Source: Eledone cirrhosa (taxonomy: Eukaryota). From it: 64,000 bases of DNA. Position numbers and translations under genes: made by a program. Shown here one piece after another: positions 1-14,893 of the stretch. Below the pieces are notes generated by a model that did no database searches, was not told the DNA's origin, and saw only the letters and a list, made by a program, of their open reading frames with translations. Positions within the stretch are counted from its first letter, which is position 1. The number at the start of each line of letters is the position of its first letter. The stretch lies in assembly GCA_964016885.1 (NCBI GenBank), contig OZ024743.1, positions 358,236,001 through 358,300,000 on the forward strand, given 5' to 3'.

Positions 1-509
1 CAGTCTATTTATATCTTTTGATGACTTCCTCACTTAGTGGGACTACTACGATACCTCTGTCTTAGCAGGAGGTAGTGGGAGAGAATAGCAGCGGTAGCGA
101 TAATGAGGCAGTGGTGGTGGTGGTGGTGATGTGATCGTAGTACTGTAGTGATGGTGTTGAAGTTGAAGTAGAAATAGAAGTTGGAGTAACTTGGCTAAAT
201 TTTTTTGGTGTGGTAGTCGTGATGATGGCGGTGGTGGTGTTGGTGGTGAACTTATTTGCCTGTCTGTCCACGTAGCCATTTTCCTCTTCTTTGACTATAA
301 CATTTCTGATCCAAAATTAAATATTAAATATTGGAGCGTATATTAAATAATGTTAAATAATGTGATGCGTTGTCGCTTGCTGAGTGTCAAAACTGTAATC
401 TTATGTTTCATTTGTAATAAGAATTATTCTATCACAGTTGTTTTAAATATGTAAAAATCAAAAACTTACGGGAGCGATTCCATAACGATATATCCACCAT
501 GTGCGTTTT

Positions 510-1391
510 TCTTTTTCTTCTTCTTATTATTATTATTATTGTTATTATTATTATTATTATTTCTGAGAGGGCCGTGGAGGCAGTCCTCAAACACTCCTTC
601 CAACGAATCCTGTTAAAAACAACTATCTCCACTTGATCTGGCTAGATCCCAAATCAAGACCATCCGGGCTCATGGATGATATCCAACCATCTTGCTCGGG
701 GTCTACCCCTGGGTCTCCTGCATGTTGGTTTTGCCCGTAAAATCTATTCAGCGATTCTTTTCTGAGACATTCTAACCACATGTCCATAGTATCGGAGCTG
801 TTATTTCTCAATTCGGAGAAGTAGCGGCTCTACCTGGGGTGACTCTCTGATCTCCGATCTTCGCACACTATCGAGTAACGCTACTCCAAAGACCCTTCGG
901 AAGAACCCCATTTCGGCTGCTTGTAGTCGCTATCGTATTCTTTCGCTCATTACCCAAGATTCATGGCCATAGGTAAGGATTAAGACGAAAACCGGGTTGA
1001 AGACAGCGAGTTTGGCTTATACGCCTACGCCCCTTCTTCCGATTACTGAATGCTGAAGCTGGCGCATTACTGTACCAGCTCCTGCAATTCTTGCACTTAA
1101 TTCAGCCTCCTGCCTTCCATCAATCTTGAACACGGCCCCGAGATACTTAACTTCTCCACCTGTTTCAGTGGAACTCAATTCCCATGTAGAGTGCACTGCG
1201 CGGACTTCCTTGAGAGGACAAGTGACTCAGTCTTTGTAGCACTGGTTTTTATTCCAACCATGTAGCACTCGGCATCAAACCTATCAAGTCCATGTCGAAG
1301 ATCCCCTTCTGACGATTTAAATAACACCATATCGTCTGCAAATTCCAACCGACTGATCCTACAGCCACCAGTCGTGATACCACTTCCAGCC
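510..1391 (-). mobile_element. RTE-clade LINE (Rex3/Expander-like), 5'-truncated decayed 3' fragment with (AAT)n/(AAG)n tail
   Basis: ORF 1175-1393 reads RISRLEFADDMVL...KTESLVLSRK (RT FADD motif and thumb). The region is homologous to 40857-41760. Trinucleotide tail at about 510-560. Confidence 0.8.
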
Positions 1392-1708
1392 AATCAATTT
1401 CAGAAGTGATATTTTGGCTAAGGTGAATAGAACATGTTTCAGTTTGAAGTGTTCTCTTCTTTATCATGTTACAGTCCTTACAGATGTCATTGTTACAGTC
1501 GATCAATTAATTAAACTGTAACTAAAATATGTATATATATGAACAAGAAGCGGTCATAGGTGGAATACCGTTGATAATATATTAGTTCAACCATGGTTAA
1601 ACAATAATAATGAGTTCTTCAACTACTACATCTCTTTAGACTCTTTGAAATTTACTTCTATTCCATCCCCATTCTTTTTCATTTGTCATTGGCTATATCT
1701 CTCTCTTC

Positions 1709-1739
<31 letters not shown>

Positions 1740-2025
1740 ACACACACACACATACATAAGCACATAAATACACATATACATACACATTAAACATCCAAAA
1801 TAATATTACATATTATACATCTGTATCTGTATCTGTATATATTTATTTTCTGGACGTAAATCTTTCATAAAATTATCCCCATTTAAACTAGTGTTAAATG
1901 CAAATGGGTTATAAACTTTTATCAAAATACAATAATAATGAGTTCTTCCACTACTACCTCTCTTTAGACTCTTTCTAATTTACTTTTATTCCATTCTTCC
2001 TTCTCTTTCATTTGTCATTGGCTAA

Positions 2026-2057
<32 letters not shown>

Positions 2058-2599
2058 CTCTCTCTCCCTCTTTCTCTCTCTCTATCTCACACACACACAC
2101 GCGCGCACACACACTATCTATTTCTCATTTTTTCCCCATCTTTCTCACTCTTACGACTTGACTAACAAATCCTCGCTTTGTCCCTCAGAAAATACTCTGC
2201 TCTTATGCTGGGAGAGAAAGAGAAAGAGAAAGAGAGGACGATTATGCATAACAGAATACGATTTTCATGAACAGAGAGAAAGGGTGAGAAAGAGAGTGTG
2301 AGAGATCAAATAAAGGCCGCAGATGGAAGAAAAACAGAGGTTTACGTCATTAGTTCTATGTAATGTCTAATATAATACGAGATAGAAAAACTGAGAGACA
2401 GGGGATTGATTAATAGAAAGAGATATTCTTCAAGAGTGAGAGAGACCAACGAGAGGTAGAGACGTAATGAATTAGAAGTTGAAGGGGTAAAAGTAGAAGA
2501 AATTGGCTCATTTAAATTTGAAACAACATTATTATGTTGTTCAAACAACAATATTACCATTAAAACAGTCATATCTTATATATTTACAGCAAATGTAAG

Positions 2600-2788
2600 T
2601 AATTGTTTCTACTTTAGGCACAAGGCCAGCAATTACCCAGTGCATTACTGGTACTTTATTTTATCGACCCCGTAAGGATGAAAGGCAAAGTCAACCTCGG
2701 CGGGATTTGAACTCAGATCGTAAAGGGACGTAACTATGCTGGAAAGCATGGCGTCCGACCCTCTACCGATACTGCCAATCCACCGCCC
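2600..2788 (-). mobile_element. tRNA-derived SINE (octopus OK-like, Meta-domain-like body), full length
   Basis: A-box-like TGGCAGTATCGG, B-box GAGTTCAAATCC, body GCCTTTCATCCTTACGGGGTCGATAAAATAAAGTACCAG. TSD TGTAAGTAAT on both sides. Confidence 0.9.
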
Positions 2789-3089
2789 TTGTAAGTAATA
2801 TACCGACATACGTTTATGTAATACTGGTCTCTAGATTCCTAACGACAACGTTGGTCTCTAGTATCTGCAGTACCTTTGTATAAAGCTGAACAGAAGTTTG
2901 ATACAACACCCGTCTTGTTTTCAAACGTAACGTATTTCCCTTTTAAGACAGTGCGGTATATGATTTGAAGAAATTCAGTTGCTATTTATAGAAGATCGAG
3001 GGACAACTTAAGGGCTCCTTCGTTAATTCGCCTTTGCTAAGCAACTTAACAGTTATAAATATCAGCAATGTTGTTTTTTGCGGCTAATT

Positions 3090-3823
3090 TTATTGTTGTT
3101 GTTGTTGTTGGTTGTGGTGGTGGTGGTGGTGGTGGTTGTTGCTGCTGCTGTTGCTGTTACTGCTGTTGTTGTTGTTGTTGTTGTTGTTGTCGTCGTCATT
3201 GTTGTTGTTGTTGGTGGTGGTGGTGGTGGTGGTGGTGGCTGCTACTGCTGCTGCTGTTACTGCTGTTGTTGTTGTTGTTGTTGTTGTTGTCGTCGTCATT
3301 GGTGGTGGTGGTGGTGGTGGTGGCTGCTACTGCTGCTGCTGTTACTGCTGTTGGTGGTGGTGGTGGTGGTGGTGGTGGTGGTGATAGTGGTGGTGGTGCT
3401 GCTGTTACTGCTGTTGTTGTTGTTGTTGTCGTCATCATTGTTGTTGTTGTTGGTGGTGGTGGTGGTGGTGGTGATAGTGGTGGTGCTGCTGCTGCTGTTA
3501 CTGCTGTTGTTGTTGTTGTCGTCGTCATTGTTGTTGTTGTTGTCGTCGTTATTGTTGTTGTTGATGGTGCTGCTGCTGCTGCTGCTGTTACTGCATTTGT
3601 TGTTGTTGTCGTCGTCGTTATTGTTGTTGTTGTTGTCGTCGTTATTGTTGTTGTTGGTGGTGCTGCTGCTGCTGTTACTGCTGTTGTTGTTGTTGTCGTC
3701 GTCGTTATTGTTGTTGTTGTTGTCGTCGTTATTGTTGTTGTTGCTGCTGCTGCTGCTGCTGTTACTGCTGTTGTTGTTGTCGTCGTCGTCGTCATTGTTG
3801 TTGTTGCTGTTGCTGTTGTTGTT
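3090..3823. repeat. Compound (GTT/GGT/GCT/GTC)n microsatellite with higher-order periodicity
   Basis: Direct reading. The anchor GCTGTTACTGC recurs about 8 times. Confidence 0.95.
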
Positions 3824-4400
3824 CCCGGGTTGATGAAAGACGTCTTACGCGATTGCTCGAATAGCTAGAAATAATAGTAAAAATCACATCGTTTTCTTAC
3901 TAGTTGTTCATTAGATATACGTAGTCTTAGATATACGATATAGTCTGCCTGTAAAAAGGTTAGAGTAGCCACAGCTATTATGTATTTGGTCGTAGGTCTT
4001 CTTCATCGGGGCTAAACAACATCACCACCATCACGCCCACATTTAATATTATCTCACATTCAAACTAATGAAAGAGCCTATACATGGTTGTTTGGCATGC
4101 TAGAAATAGCAGCAGCCAAGTCTTCTTTAAACTACGTATATGATAATGTTTTGGAAAGAGACAGAAATATTTAGAAAATGTATTTATACATATTATACAT
4201 ATTATACATACACTACATTTAGATTTCTTTTCAATAAGATGGCAACGGTCAGAACACAGATCGAAGCTGACCTGGTACTTGTGTGTTTGTGGGACACTAC
4301 AATATACTCATCTCCGTGTGAAAATATAGGTATAAATTCGATGGGATACAGAGGACATAGTGTTCTAGGATGAGTCAATAACCAACCATTCCCCATAATG

Positions 4401-4644
4401 AGAAGAAGAAGAAGAAGAAGAAGAAGAAGAAGAAGAAGAAGAAGAAGAAGAAGAAGAAGAAGAAGAAGAAGAAGAAGAAGACGACGACGACGACGACGAA
4501 GAAGAAGAAGAAGAAGAAGAAGAAGAAGAAGAAGAAGAAGAAGAAGAAGAAGAAGAAGAAGACGACGACGACGACGAAGAAGAAGAAGAAGAAGAAGAAG
4601 AAGAAGAAGAAGAAGAAGAAGAAGAAGAAGAAGAAGAAGAAGAA

Positions 4645-4688
<44 letters not shown>

Positions 4689-4837
4689 AGAAGAAGAAGA
4701 AGAAGAAGAAGAAGAAGAAGAAGAAGAAGAAGAAGAAGAAGAAGAAGAAGAAGAAGAAGAAGAAGAAGAAGAAGAAGAAGAAGAAGAAGAAGAAGAAGAA
4801 GAAGAAGAAGAAGAAGAAGAAGAAGAAGAAGAAGAAG
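4401..4837. repeat. (GAA)n microsatellite with three (GAC)n interruptions
   Basis: Direct reading. Confidence 0.98.
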
Positions 4838-5184
4838 GTAAAATTAATTTCATCTTTCAAAATGACACAGTGTTTTGTCAAGAACTGGAAATTATTTAGA
4901 AACTATAGAATGTTTGAGTTTTGGTTTTTGGTTTCTGTTGCTTTTTTTGTTTTGTTTGTTTTTTTGTTGTTTTTTGTTGTTTTTATTACATGTTTTTTAC
5001 CAGTTGTTGTTACATGAAGATTAAAACAGATTGAGTGAATGTCGCCATCGAAATTACCATTTCAGAAATATGAGGAAACTGAATCTTAGATTAAAAGCCA
5101 TTCATTATAATCAATTTTTAAGTGAGAGGAAACATTCATAAGACGAGAGAATTAAAGCATTTTATATATAAATTGAACATATAA

Positions 5185-5222
5185 TATACATATATTTGTA
5201 TGCACGCGTGTGTGTGTATGTC

Positions 5223-5316
<94 letters not shown>

Positions 5317-5558
5317 TATATATAAATATGTATGTATATATTATTATATACATACACACACATATACATATATATATATGATTTTATATATGTATAAATT
5401 CATATATATATATATGTATAACATATATATAATAGAAAATATGCATATATGTATATACATATATAAATTCATGAATAAATGCATATATGTATTTAAACAT
5501 TCTTGCATAAATCTATGTATAATATGTTCTCACGTAGTAGAAATATGTATTTGTGAAT

Positions 5559-5612
<54 letters not shown>

Positions 5613-5616
5613 GAGA

Positions 5617-5687
<71 letters not shown>

Positions 5688-6350
5688 CATATATATAGGG
5701 TGGAGATGAGTGTGTATGTGTGCATGCACGTGTTTGCTATGTATGCAAATAGTTATGCGCTTATAGTTATATGTATATATACATATGATTGCATAAAGAA
5801 TCATACACAAATACAACCATATATACATATATGAGCATACAAACATGCACACATAGATACATACATACATACAAACATACATACATACATACATACATAC
5901 ATACATACATACATACATACATACATACATACATACATACATACATACATACATACATACATACATACATGAAAGAGGTAAATAGAATTATTCATGTCTT
6001 CTAGAAAACGTTAAAACAAATCTTGTCTTCAAATTAAACTCATCGAAGAAGTAATAATGGATATATATTTGCTAGAATATCCATTTTAGACAATGACAAT
6101 GCATTCTAAACACATTATTGTTTGTCTGTGTGTGCATGGATATGCACACACAGACACACACACACACACATATATATATACGTGTGTTTGTACGTATGTT
6201 CATATATATATATATATGTATATGAACATACGTACAAACACATATATATATATACACACACACACATATATATATGTATGTGTGTGTGCGTGTGTGTGTT
6301 CGCGCACATATGTACGTATGTCTGTGTATGTATCTTCTATGTATGTATGT
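5185..6350. repeat. Cluster of (TA)n, (CATA)n and (CA)n microsatellites
   Basis: Direct reading. Confidence 0.95.
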
Positions 6351-7597
6351 ATAAATATGAATGCTATACTGGGTATAGATTGACATTGTGTATAATTATT
6401 TGGTTATTAATAAGTAATGTCTCCCGGCTATTTATTTCTATTTGTACGTCTTTGTGCCTCCTTGTGTTGGTATGTCGCCTGTGAATAATTTCAGAAAGCA
6501 GTAAATGTTAAGTTGTGGTGTTCATGTCTTTGACAAGGCCGCCAGCGGTTATGAGTAATGAAATTCCAGCCCACAACTAAAGCAGTAACCTGAATCGTGT
6601 ACCGGCGTTTATCGCTAAGTTATCTCTGGAACTGTAAGCAGCAGCCACTCAGCCATTCCTTTATACACATACACTTGTACCCTCACATTCGAACAGTTTG
6701 TGTCTTAGTGAAAGGAAAAAAGAATGTGTCTGTGTGCGTGTATGCGTGTATGTAGGGGGGTGCACCCATTCATGCGAGGTTTATAACATGTTCTAGGCCA
6801 CAATGGTTTAAATAAAGAAGCCATAGACTTTTAGACGATCGACACCTACTGTGAATCATTGACCTCTCATCGACTATCCAGAAATTACTAGTATTAATGA
6901 AGTACTGGAGTAGATTTAATCGACAACAAATTAGGATCTGGATTCCTCAAATGAGTCCAGCATATTCCTCAAACCCTGCGTTGATACTGTTGCTAATCTG
7001 GATCACTCTTGTGCTGCCCTTCGTTTGGACAACATCTGTGAAGGGAGGTTTCCTGGGCAAGTTTTTATGTAGACCATCAATCGCATGGGTCACAGCTAGT
7101 CCTGCATATAACCTTGCCCTTGCCTGCGACTTTGAGAGGACACTCTAGTATCACCACACAATATTCTACCAACATAGACTGAAGCAAGACTTACTAGGTA
7201 CTGATCTATAGTCTCATGAGACATATTGAAGTCAAAGAATCCAGGACACCTTTCATATATTTATTTAGTTATTTATTTAACTATATCTCAAGTAATTAGA
7301 GAATCAAAGAAGTATATATAGAAACAGACGCACCCGCATAGGTATACTCAAATTCACACTTAGATAAAAAATATATATTTACATGCACACAAACATACAC
7401 AATCATATACATAACAGGAAATGATGAAAATAATTCTGAGCAAGTTCTATTGAACAGACAGTAAAATCTGTGTACGTCTATGTCCCAAGAGGACACAATT
7501 CGATCCTCTCTTTGGTATCTCGACCTGCAAGAAATAGCAGTCGGAATCGCTCTCAAAATCACACATTCTTTAAAATGAAAATAGAAAAGATGCATTA

Positions 7598-7785
7598 AAT
7601 AATTGTTTCTACTTTTGGCAAAAGGTCAGCAAATACCCAGTGTATTACTGGTACTTTATTTTATCGACCCCGTAAGGATGAAAGGCAAAGTTAACCTCGG
7701 CGGGATTTGAACTCAAATCATAAAGGAAGGTAACTCCATGCTGCAAAGTATGGCGTCCGACCCTCGACCGATACTGCGAATCCAT
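7598..7785 (-). mobile_element. tRNA-derived SINE, same family as 2600-2788
   Basis: Near-identical body. TSD TAAATAAT. Confidence 0.9.
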
Positions 7786-8326
7786 CTAAATAATGTAGTC
7801 CTAGACATACAAAAAGATGGGATGATCACGGCTGGAACGATTCTGGTCATAAATCTGTTTTATTGGGTCTAAACAATATCAACATATCTAAATGCACACA
7901 CAATGAGGTTTGATGATGTTTCTCTAAATTTTACATTTATTTTATTGATGAAAAACAATTAAGTGTGATAAAATACATAATTCATGATCAAAATATTGAT
8001 TTTCTTAGTTCAATGTTACAAATACATAGAAGAAAGATTTTGAGTTAATTAATTCAACCATCAATATATTGCCGGTGCATTTTCATCTAAAATTATTTCG
8101 TAATTTAATAGTCCGAGTTTTATTAGGTTTATGGCTGTGAGTTCGTGGGTTCTACTCCTTGAGCAGCACTTTATTTCATGTAACTCTGGTCAATTCGGAT
8201 GAAAAGACAAACGAACACCAGCAGCTGGTGGAGTTTAACCTTGCGATGAACTGGCGTCATGTCCAGGAGTACAGTCTTCTACTTCCAATCGACCGTTGCT
8301 TCATGAAAGCAGGATCAAGTCTAGTT

Positions 8327-8404
8327 GGGGATTTGAACTCAGATCATAAAGGGCCGTAACTATGCTGCAAAGCATGGTGTCCGACCCTCTACCGATACTG
8401 CCAA
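8327..8404 (-). mobile_element. SINE head fragment, same family
   Basis: GGGATTTGAACTCAGATC...CCCTCTACCGATACTGCCAA matches the other copies. Confidence 0.8.
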
Positions 8405-8748
8405 CGATGAAAACGCGTTTGCTTAATCATAGTCTCTCCATTTTATATATGTATATATATATGTTTTCACATGTTCTTTCATTATACCATTTTCCTCTTG
8501 TTCTTTTCTTTCTTTTTCTTCTTCCATTCCTTCATTTCATGTTTTATCACTTTTTCTCTTTGATTTTCTGCTTAATTATATTTTCCGATGGTGCTACTTA
8601 AAAGGTATATGCTTGTTAGTATATACTTATATGAATACATGTTTGTCAGTAGTGTGTGTGCGATCATGTTTGTACATGTGTGCGTGAGTGTGCAAGCGAA
8701 TACTTTTTCCGCCGCGCGCACCCACACATACACACTCACACACAAAGA

Positions 8749-9616
<868 letters not shown>

Positions 9617-9770
9617 AAATATTATAATAACAGATTAAAGTTTAAGCAAAGAATCGCTGCTTTCACTCTTAACGGTTTTTATATATATATTTGTATATAT
9701 ATTATCCTTATCGGGCCGTCTTCGGATTTTAATCTTCACATTTATTATCATTACTATATATACATATATA

Positions 9771-11071
9771 CAGGGTGGGGCATAATTCCTGTTACAAAGT
9801 TTTAAATCAATTTAAAAATACATTATGTTGCTAATATAACCAATATATTTGTATCAAATCCATGCACTATAACCATATTAACTATTTTTCAGAACATTAC
9901 TCCATTAACAATTTGCAATGTCCATAGAATTGAAAAGAAAGTTCATAATAGAGAAGCATGAAAAGGCCTGACTCCACCCAAGATATTTAAACTGGGGAAC
10001 ATTCTTAAGATCAATAGAATGTAGATCAAAAGGACAATCGATCGATTTAAGGAAACTTCCTCGTCCAAAGACAGACCTCAATCCGGACGCCCTCACACCT
10101 CAAGAACACCAAAACTCGTTAAAAGTGTGAGGGAAAAAATAAGGCGTAATCCAAGAAGGTGCATGAGAAAAATGGCAGAATAAGCAGAAACATCGCCGAG
10201 AACTATGCGGAGGATATGTCGAGATGATCTGGGGATGTCACCTTATAAGTTCCAAAAGAGGCAGCTTCTTTCTGCAGACACAATTGAAAAGAGGCTCTCC
10301 AGAAGTAAACTGTTATTGAACCGTATCAAGGATGGCACGCTGCAAAACATCATCTTTACAGATGAAAATTTATTCACTGTGCAGCAGTCCCACAATCATC
10401 AAAATGATCGAGTACTTGCAAAAAGTCTCAAATCAATTCCTTCAAGTGTAGGAAAAGTGTTCAGAACACAGAAACCAGCATCAGTGATGGTTTGGGCAGC
10501 CATTTCTGAAAGAGGGAAGTCTCCTCTGACTTTTGTGCCTCAAGGAGTTAAAATTAACAAAGAACTTTACATAAAGGATATTTTGGAAGGAGCACTGATG
10601 CCATGGTGCACATCTGTTTATGGCGATGACATTTGGACTCTCCAACAAGATGGACCGACGAGCCACACTGGTCGGGTAACACAACAGTGGTGTAGAGACC
10701 ATAGTCCTGCATGGATCAGTAAGGAAGAGTGGCCTCCCACATCACCAGATCTCAACTCTCTCGATTTTTCTTTATGGTCAATTCTTGAGAGTGAAGCCTG
10801 CTCTACTCCTAGCCAAAATATTGAAACTCTAAAATCAAAACTGAAAAACGTATGGGAGAAAATACCCATGGAAACTGTTCGTGCAGCCATCGAAGACTTT
10901 CCTAGAAGACTTCGAGCAGTAGTGAGAGCTAGAGGAAAGCATTTCGAATAAATGTTTGTGCAGTTGTTTAATAGTATATTACTTACTATTTGTTGAAGTC
11001 AAATCTTGAAATAAATGTTTTTTTTCAAGAACTATTTGCATTTTATTTTGTAACAGTTTTTATGCCCTACC

Positions 11072-11074
<3 letters not shown>
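9771..11074 (+). mobile_element. Tc1/mariner superfamily DD37D (maT) DNA transposon, full length, inserted in TA
   Basis: About 28-bp imperfect TIRs CAGGGTGGGGCATAATTCCTGTTACAAA / CAGGGTAGGGCATAAAAACTGTTACAAA, TA on both sides, 1.3 kb. Confidence 0.92.
9918..10951 (+). pseudogene. DD37D transposase, N-terminal part disrupted
   Basis: IFTDE...QQDG-(37 aa between the Asps)-SPDLNSLDF in ORF 10205-10951. The upstream HTH region has a TAA at about 10181 and a frameshift. Confidence 0.88.
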
Positions 11075-11531
<457 letters not shown>

Positions 11532-11968
11532 TTTAGGGTACGTATAAAGGTTACCTGTCACTGGAACTGATTAGGGGAGACGAAGATAGTTGAACGAAAT
11601 GTCAAGAAAAGGGGTCTGACAAAAGACAATCATTTTGGTATGCTCGTGCAACGGTGGGGCAGATGGGTTCAACTAGTATAGTAATTTCAATGATATGATA
11701 GCACTGAGCTATATGACTGCAGATTGGAGAATGTGATGGCTTTCATATAGTCGACTGGATAAGGAAGTAGGCATTCGATAGATAAGATATCACTGTTGTC
11801 AGTTGTTCATTCGAATCCCCATGCAGGCAATATGTTGTGTGTCCCTTGGACAATGTACTAAATTCTTATTGTACTAGATTCTGGCATTTCTCCAGATAAG
11901 GTATATTTCAATATAATTTTATAAAAAATTTATTACGTATTTGTTTTTCTTTCTTTTTTGTTTTGTTT

Positions 11969-12004
<36 letters not shown>

Positions 12005-12086
12005 CATGTGAATAAATTCTATCTCTAACACAATTAGCGTTTCATTTTATACCTTATGAATATTACGGATTGTATAAGGGTTCTAA

Positions 12087-12243
12087 GGAAGCGAATTGGC
12101 AGAGTCGTTAAGACGTCGGCTAGAATCCTTACGGTATTCGTCCCGCCTCATTGCGCGCTCTGAGTTCAAATCCCACCGAGGTCAACTTTGCCTTTCATCC
12201 TTTCGAGGTCGATAAAAAAAAGTACCAGTCCAGTACTAGTGTT
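12087..12243 (+). mobile_element. tRNA-derived SINE, divergent subfamily
   Basis: TGGCAGAGTCGTTA A-box, GAGTTCAAATCC B-box, same central domain. Confidence 0.8.
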
Positions 12244-13193
12244 GATTCTTCCTCAGTAGAAAAAATCGGCTGAGTTCAGACCTGGAGAGGGTTGGACTCC
12301 GTCAGTTTTAAAAGTGCCCTAGACACGCCGTATGACGGTGCCTCTTCGACTCCACAAGGAGTTATGGGATCTTTATCCTTTATCTTATAAGGGTTCTACG
12401 ATAAGATAAATCTGGGAACCACTAGCTAATAAAACACACGTTCATTATACTTAATCCCACTCATATTTAGCAGGCGTCTAAATCTACAGTAGGTGGTTTG
12501 AAATAATAATTAAAAAAAAAAAACATACGATGGTAATGCAACAAGGGCAGCGTCAGTGATGGGATACGAACTGGCAACCCTTCAGTCGTTAATGCTACAC
12601 AGTATCGATCTATAGTAGGTTGGATGGATGGATGGATGCATGGATGCAGGGGAGATGTATAGATGGGTATACATATGCTTAAATAAATAAATTGAGATGA
12701 AGATAAATGAATGAAAAATGGAAAAAAAAAAACAATGACAGGAACAAAGAAAATGAAAATGTGGAAGAACTATTCTGTCATCCAAGAAATTTGAAGAAAT
12801 TGTCTGCTGTCCAACATAACATAAACAAATGGTGTGCCATGCAACCAGATACAAGAGAAGATCAGATGATAATATGAAAATGATTGATTAAAATATAAAG
12901 TGAGGGTGAAAAATATGTTCTTAAGTAACAATAGAAACTGGCGAAGACTTGTAAAACGAAATAATTCATAACTGAAAGAGAATAATGAGGAACATTTTGC
13001 TTGAAATAAGTTAACTGGCACTAATATCTAAAATATGATAAGATAAAAAAAAAAGAATTTCTTTTTTTTTCTGGGCTAATGGATAAGCAGAATAGTTGGA
13101 ACGCCGGTCAAAATGCCTGACTGTATTAAGATACAGACCTCTACGATCTGAGTTCAAAACCCACCAACATTAACTATGCCTTCCATTATTTCA

Positions 13194-13408
13194 GGCGGTG
13201 GATTGCCAGTATTGGTAGAGGATCGGACGCCATGCTTTGCAGCCTAGAGTTACGGCCCTTTATGTTCAAATCCCGCCGAGGTTAACTTTGCTTTTCATCC
13301 TTATGGAGTCGATAAAATAAAGTATCAGTCAATCACTGGGGTCAATTTAATCGACTTTTCCCTCCCCAAAAATTACTGGCCTTGTGCCTATATAAGAAAC
13401 CAATATTT
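13194..13408 (+). mobile_element. tRNA-derived SINE (longer 3' variant), preceded by an older SINE head at about 13073-13192
   Basis: Same head and body. Ends CCTATATAAGAAACCAATATT. Confidence 0.85.
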
Positions 13409-13497
13409 CAGACTTAATAAAATAAAATAGAGATCAAGTACTGGTATTGCTTTTCTTGAATATAAAATACCCTAAAATGTGTGGTTGTATACCAATC

Positions 13498-13959
13498 TTA
13501 TCTGAAAACGTGTGTTGAAACAGATATTGTTATACTTTGGGAGGGTCATACTGCCAATAACAACACACGCACCTGTTGGGTTTCACTTCAATTTATTATA
13601 AATTTCCGGTTGGCTGGTTGGTTGGTTGGTTGGTTGGTTGGTTGGTTGGTTGGTTGGCTGGTTGGTTGGTTGGTTGGTTGGTTGGCTGGTTGGCTGGTTG
13701 GTTGGTTGGTTGGTTGGTTGGTTGGTTGGTTGGTTGGTTGGTTGGTTGGTTGGTTGGTTGGTTGGTTGGTTGGCTGGTTGGTTGGTTGGTTGGTTCGATA
13801 ACCGGATGATTAGCGAACGTTGACAATATCGAGCTGTGACATTATATAAACAACCATCCAGTTATCCAACCAACCGGAAATTTATAATACATTGAAGTGA
13901 AAACCAACAGGTGCGTGTGTTTTTATTGGCAGAATGACCCTCCCAAACTATAACAATAT
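13498..13959. mobile_element. Fold-back element with internal (GGTT)n expansion, same family as 37138-37583
   Basis: ATATTGTTATACTTTGGGAGGGTCAT...ATGACCCTCCCAAACTATAACAATAT inverted arms. 13498-13523 matches the reverse complement of about 37558-37583. Confidence 0.8.
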
Positions 13960-14114
13960 ATACATATGAGTTCCGGATTCAATCAGAGGTAACCACAGTA
14001 AGTAAGGTACTCAATACATTAGTAAAGTGTAAACATCATGTTTAATATAGAAATGGCTTCTACAGGAAAGCCAGCTGTCCCATTTCTATATTAAACATAT
14101 TATATATATATTTA

Positions 14115-14137
14115 TGTATGTGAGTGTGTAAGTGTGT

Positions 14138-14203
<66 letters not shown>

Positions 14204-14458
14204 ATGTGTGTGTACACGCGTGTATGTGTGTATGTGTGTGCGTGTGTGTGTGTGTGCGTGTGTGTGTGTGCGTGCACGTGTGTGTGCGCGCGCGTGTATG
14301 TGTGTGTGCGTGTGTGCGTGTGCGTGCACGTGTGTGTGTGTGCGCGTGTATGTGTGTGCGCGCGTGTGTGTGTATGTGTGTGTGTGTGCGTGCACGTGTG
14401 TGTGTGCGCGTGTATGTGTATGTGCGCGTGTGTGTGTGTGTATGCGCGTGTGTGTGTA
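14115..14458. repeat. Alternating purine-pyrimidine tract (TG/CG/TA)n
   Basis: Direct reading. Confidence 0.95.
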
Positions 14459-14679
14459 CATAGTTCGATTCCCCCATGTGATACCCTCACATTTTTTATA
14501 AATTTACTTCGTATATAAATGTAACATTTAAGTTTGACGTTTATCATAAAAAAAACATATATCTATTATATTCTACATATATATATGCGTGTGTATGTGT
14601 GTGTATATATGTGTGTGTGTATGTGTTAGTGTGTGTCAAGACAAAAGTGCCCAGTCTGCGCTGTAAAGTGGTTCTGTAG

Positions 14680-14846
14680 GTGTCACGACAAAAAGCACCC
14701 AGCCCACACTGTAAATGTGGTTGGCGTTAGGAAGGGCATCCAGCTATAGAAACCAACCTAAAATCAACTCTGTGTCGTCCGACCTGATCTCTCCCAAAGT
14801 AACAGCCCGTCCTAACTATGCTAGCGTGGAAAATGGACGTTAAACA

Positions 14847-14892
<46 letters not shown>
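14680..14892 (+). mobile_element. 3' part of a second SINE family (octopus OR-like) with (ATG)n tail
   Basis: GTGGTTGGCGTTAGGAAGGGCATCCAGC...GGAAAATGGACGTTAAA followed by (TGA)n. Family assignment is from recall. Confidence 0.65.

Positions 14893-14893
<1 letters not shown>

Noticed and set aside
1603-2035. About 100-bp direct repeat (about 1603-1700 and 1931-2030) as LTRs
   Set aside because: It is diverged and short with no TG...CA ends or internal coding. It is more likely an old local duplication or repeat fragments.
2036-2060. (TCTA)n tract as a Tx1 junction
   Set aside because: No Tx1 sequence is adjacent. It is an unoccupied short repeat within a (CT)n run.
2600-2788. tRNA genes at the A-box/B-box motifs
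   Set aside because: The boxes belong to multi-copy SINE heads with TSDs, and no cloverleaf is evident.
3068-6484. Long ORFs of poly-V/L/T/R/S/F, YI and MYVC repeats, and similar ORFs at 8.6, 11.1, 13.5, 14.1, 30.0, 36.9 and 42.7 kb
   Set aside because: These are translations of stop-free microsatellites with no domain content.
13795-13860. Hammerhead in the loop of the 13.5-kb fold-back
   Set aside because: The position is homologous to the 37.3-kb motif, but CUGANGA and GAAA are not intact.
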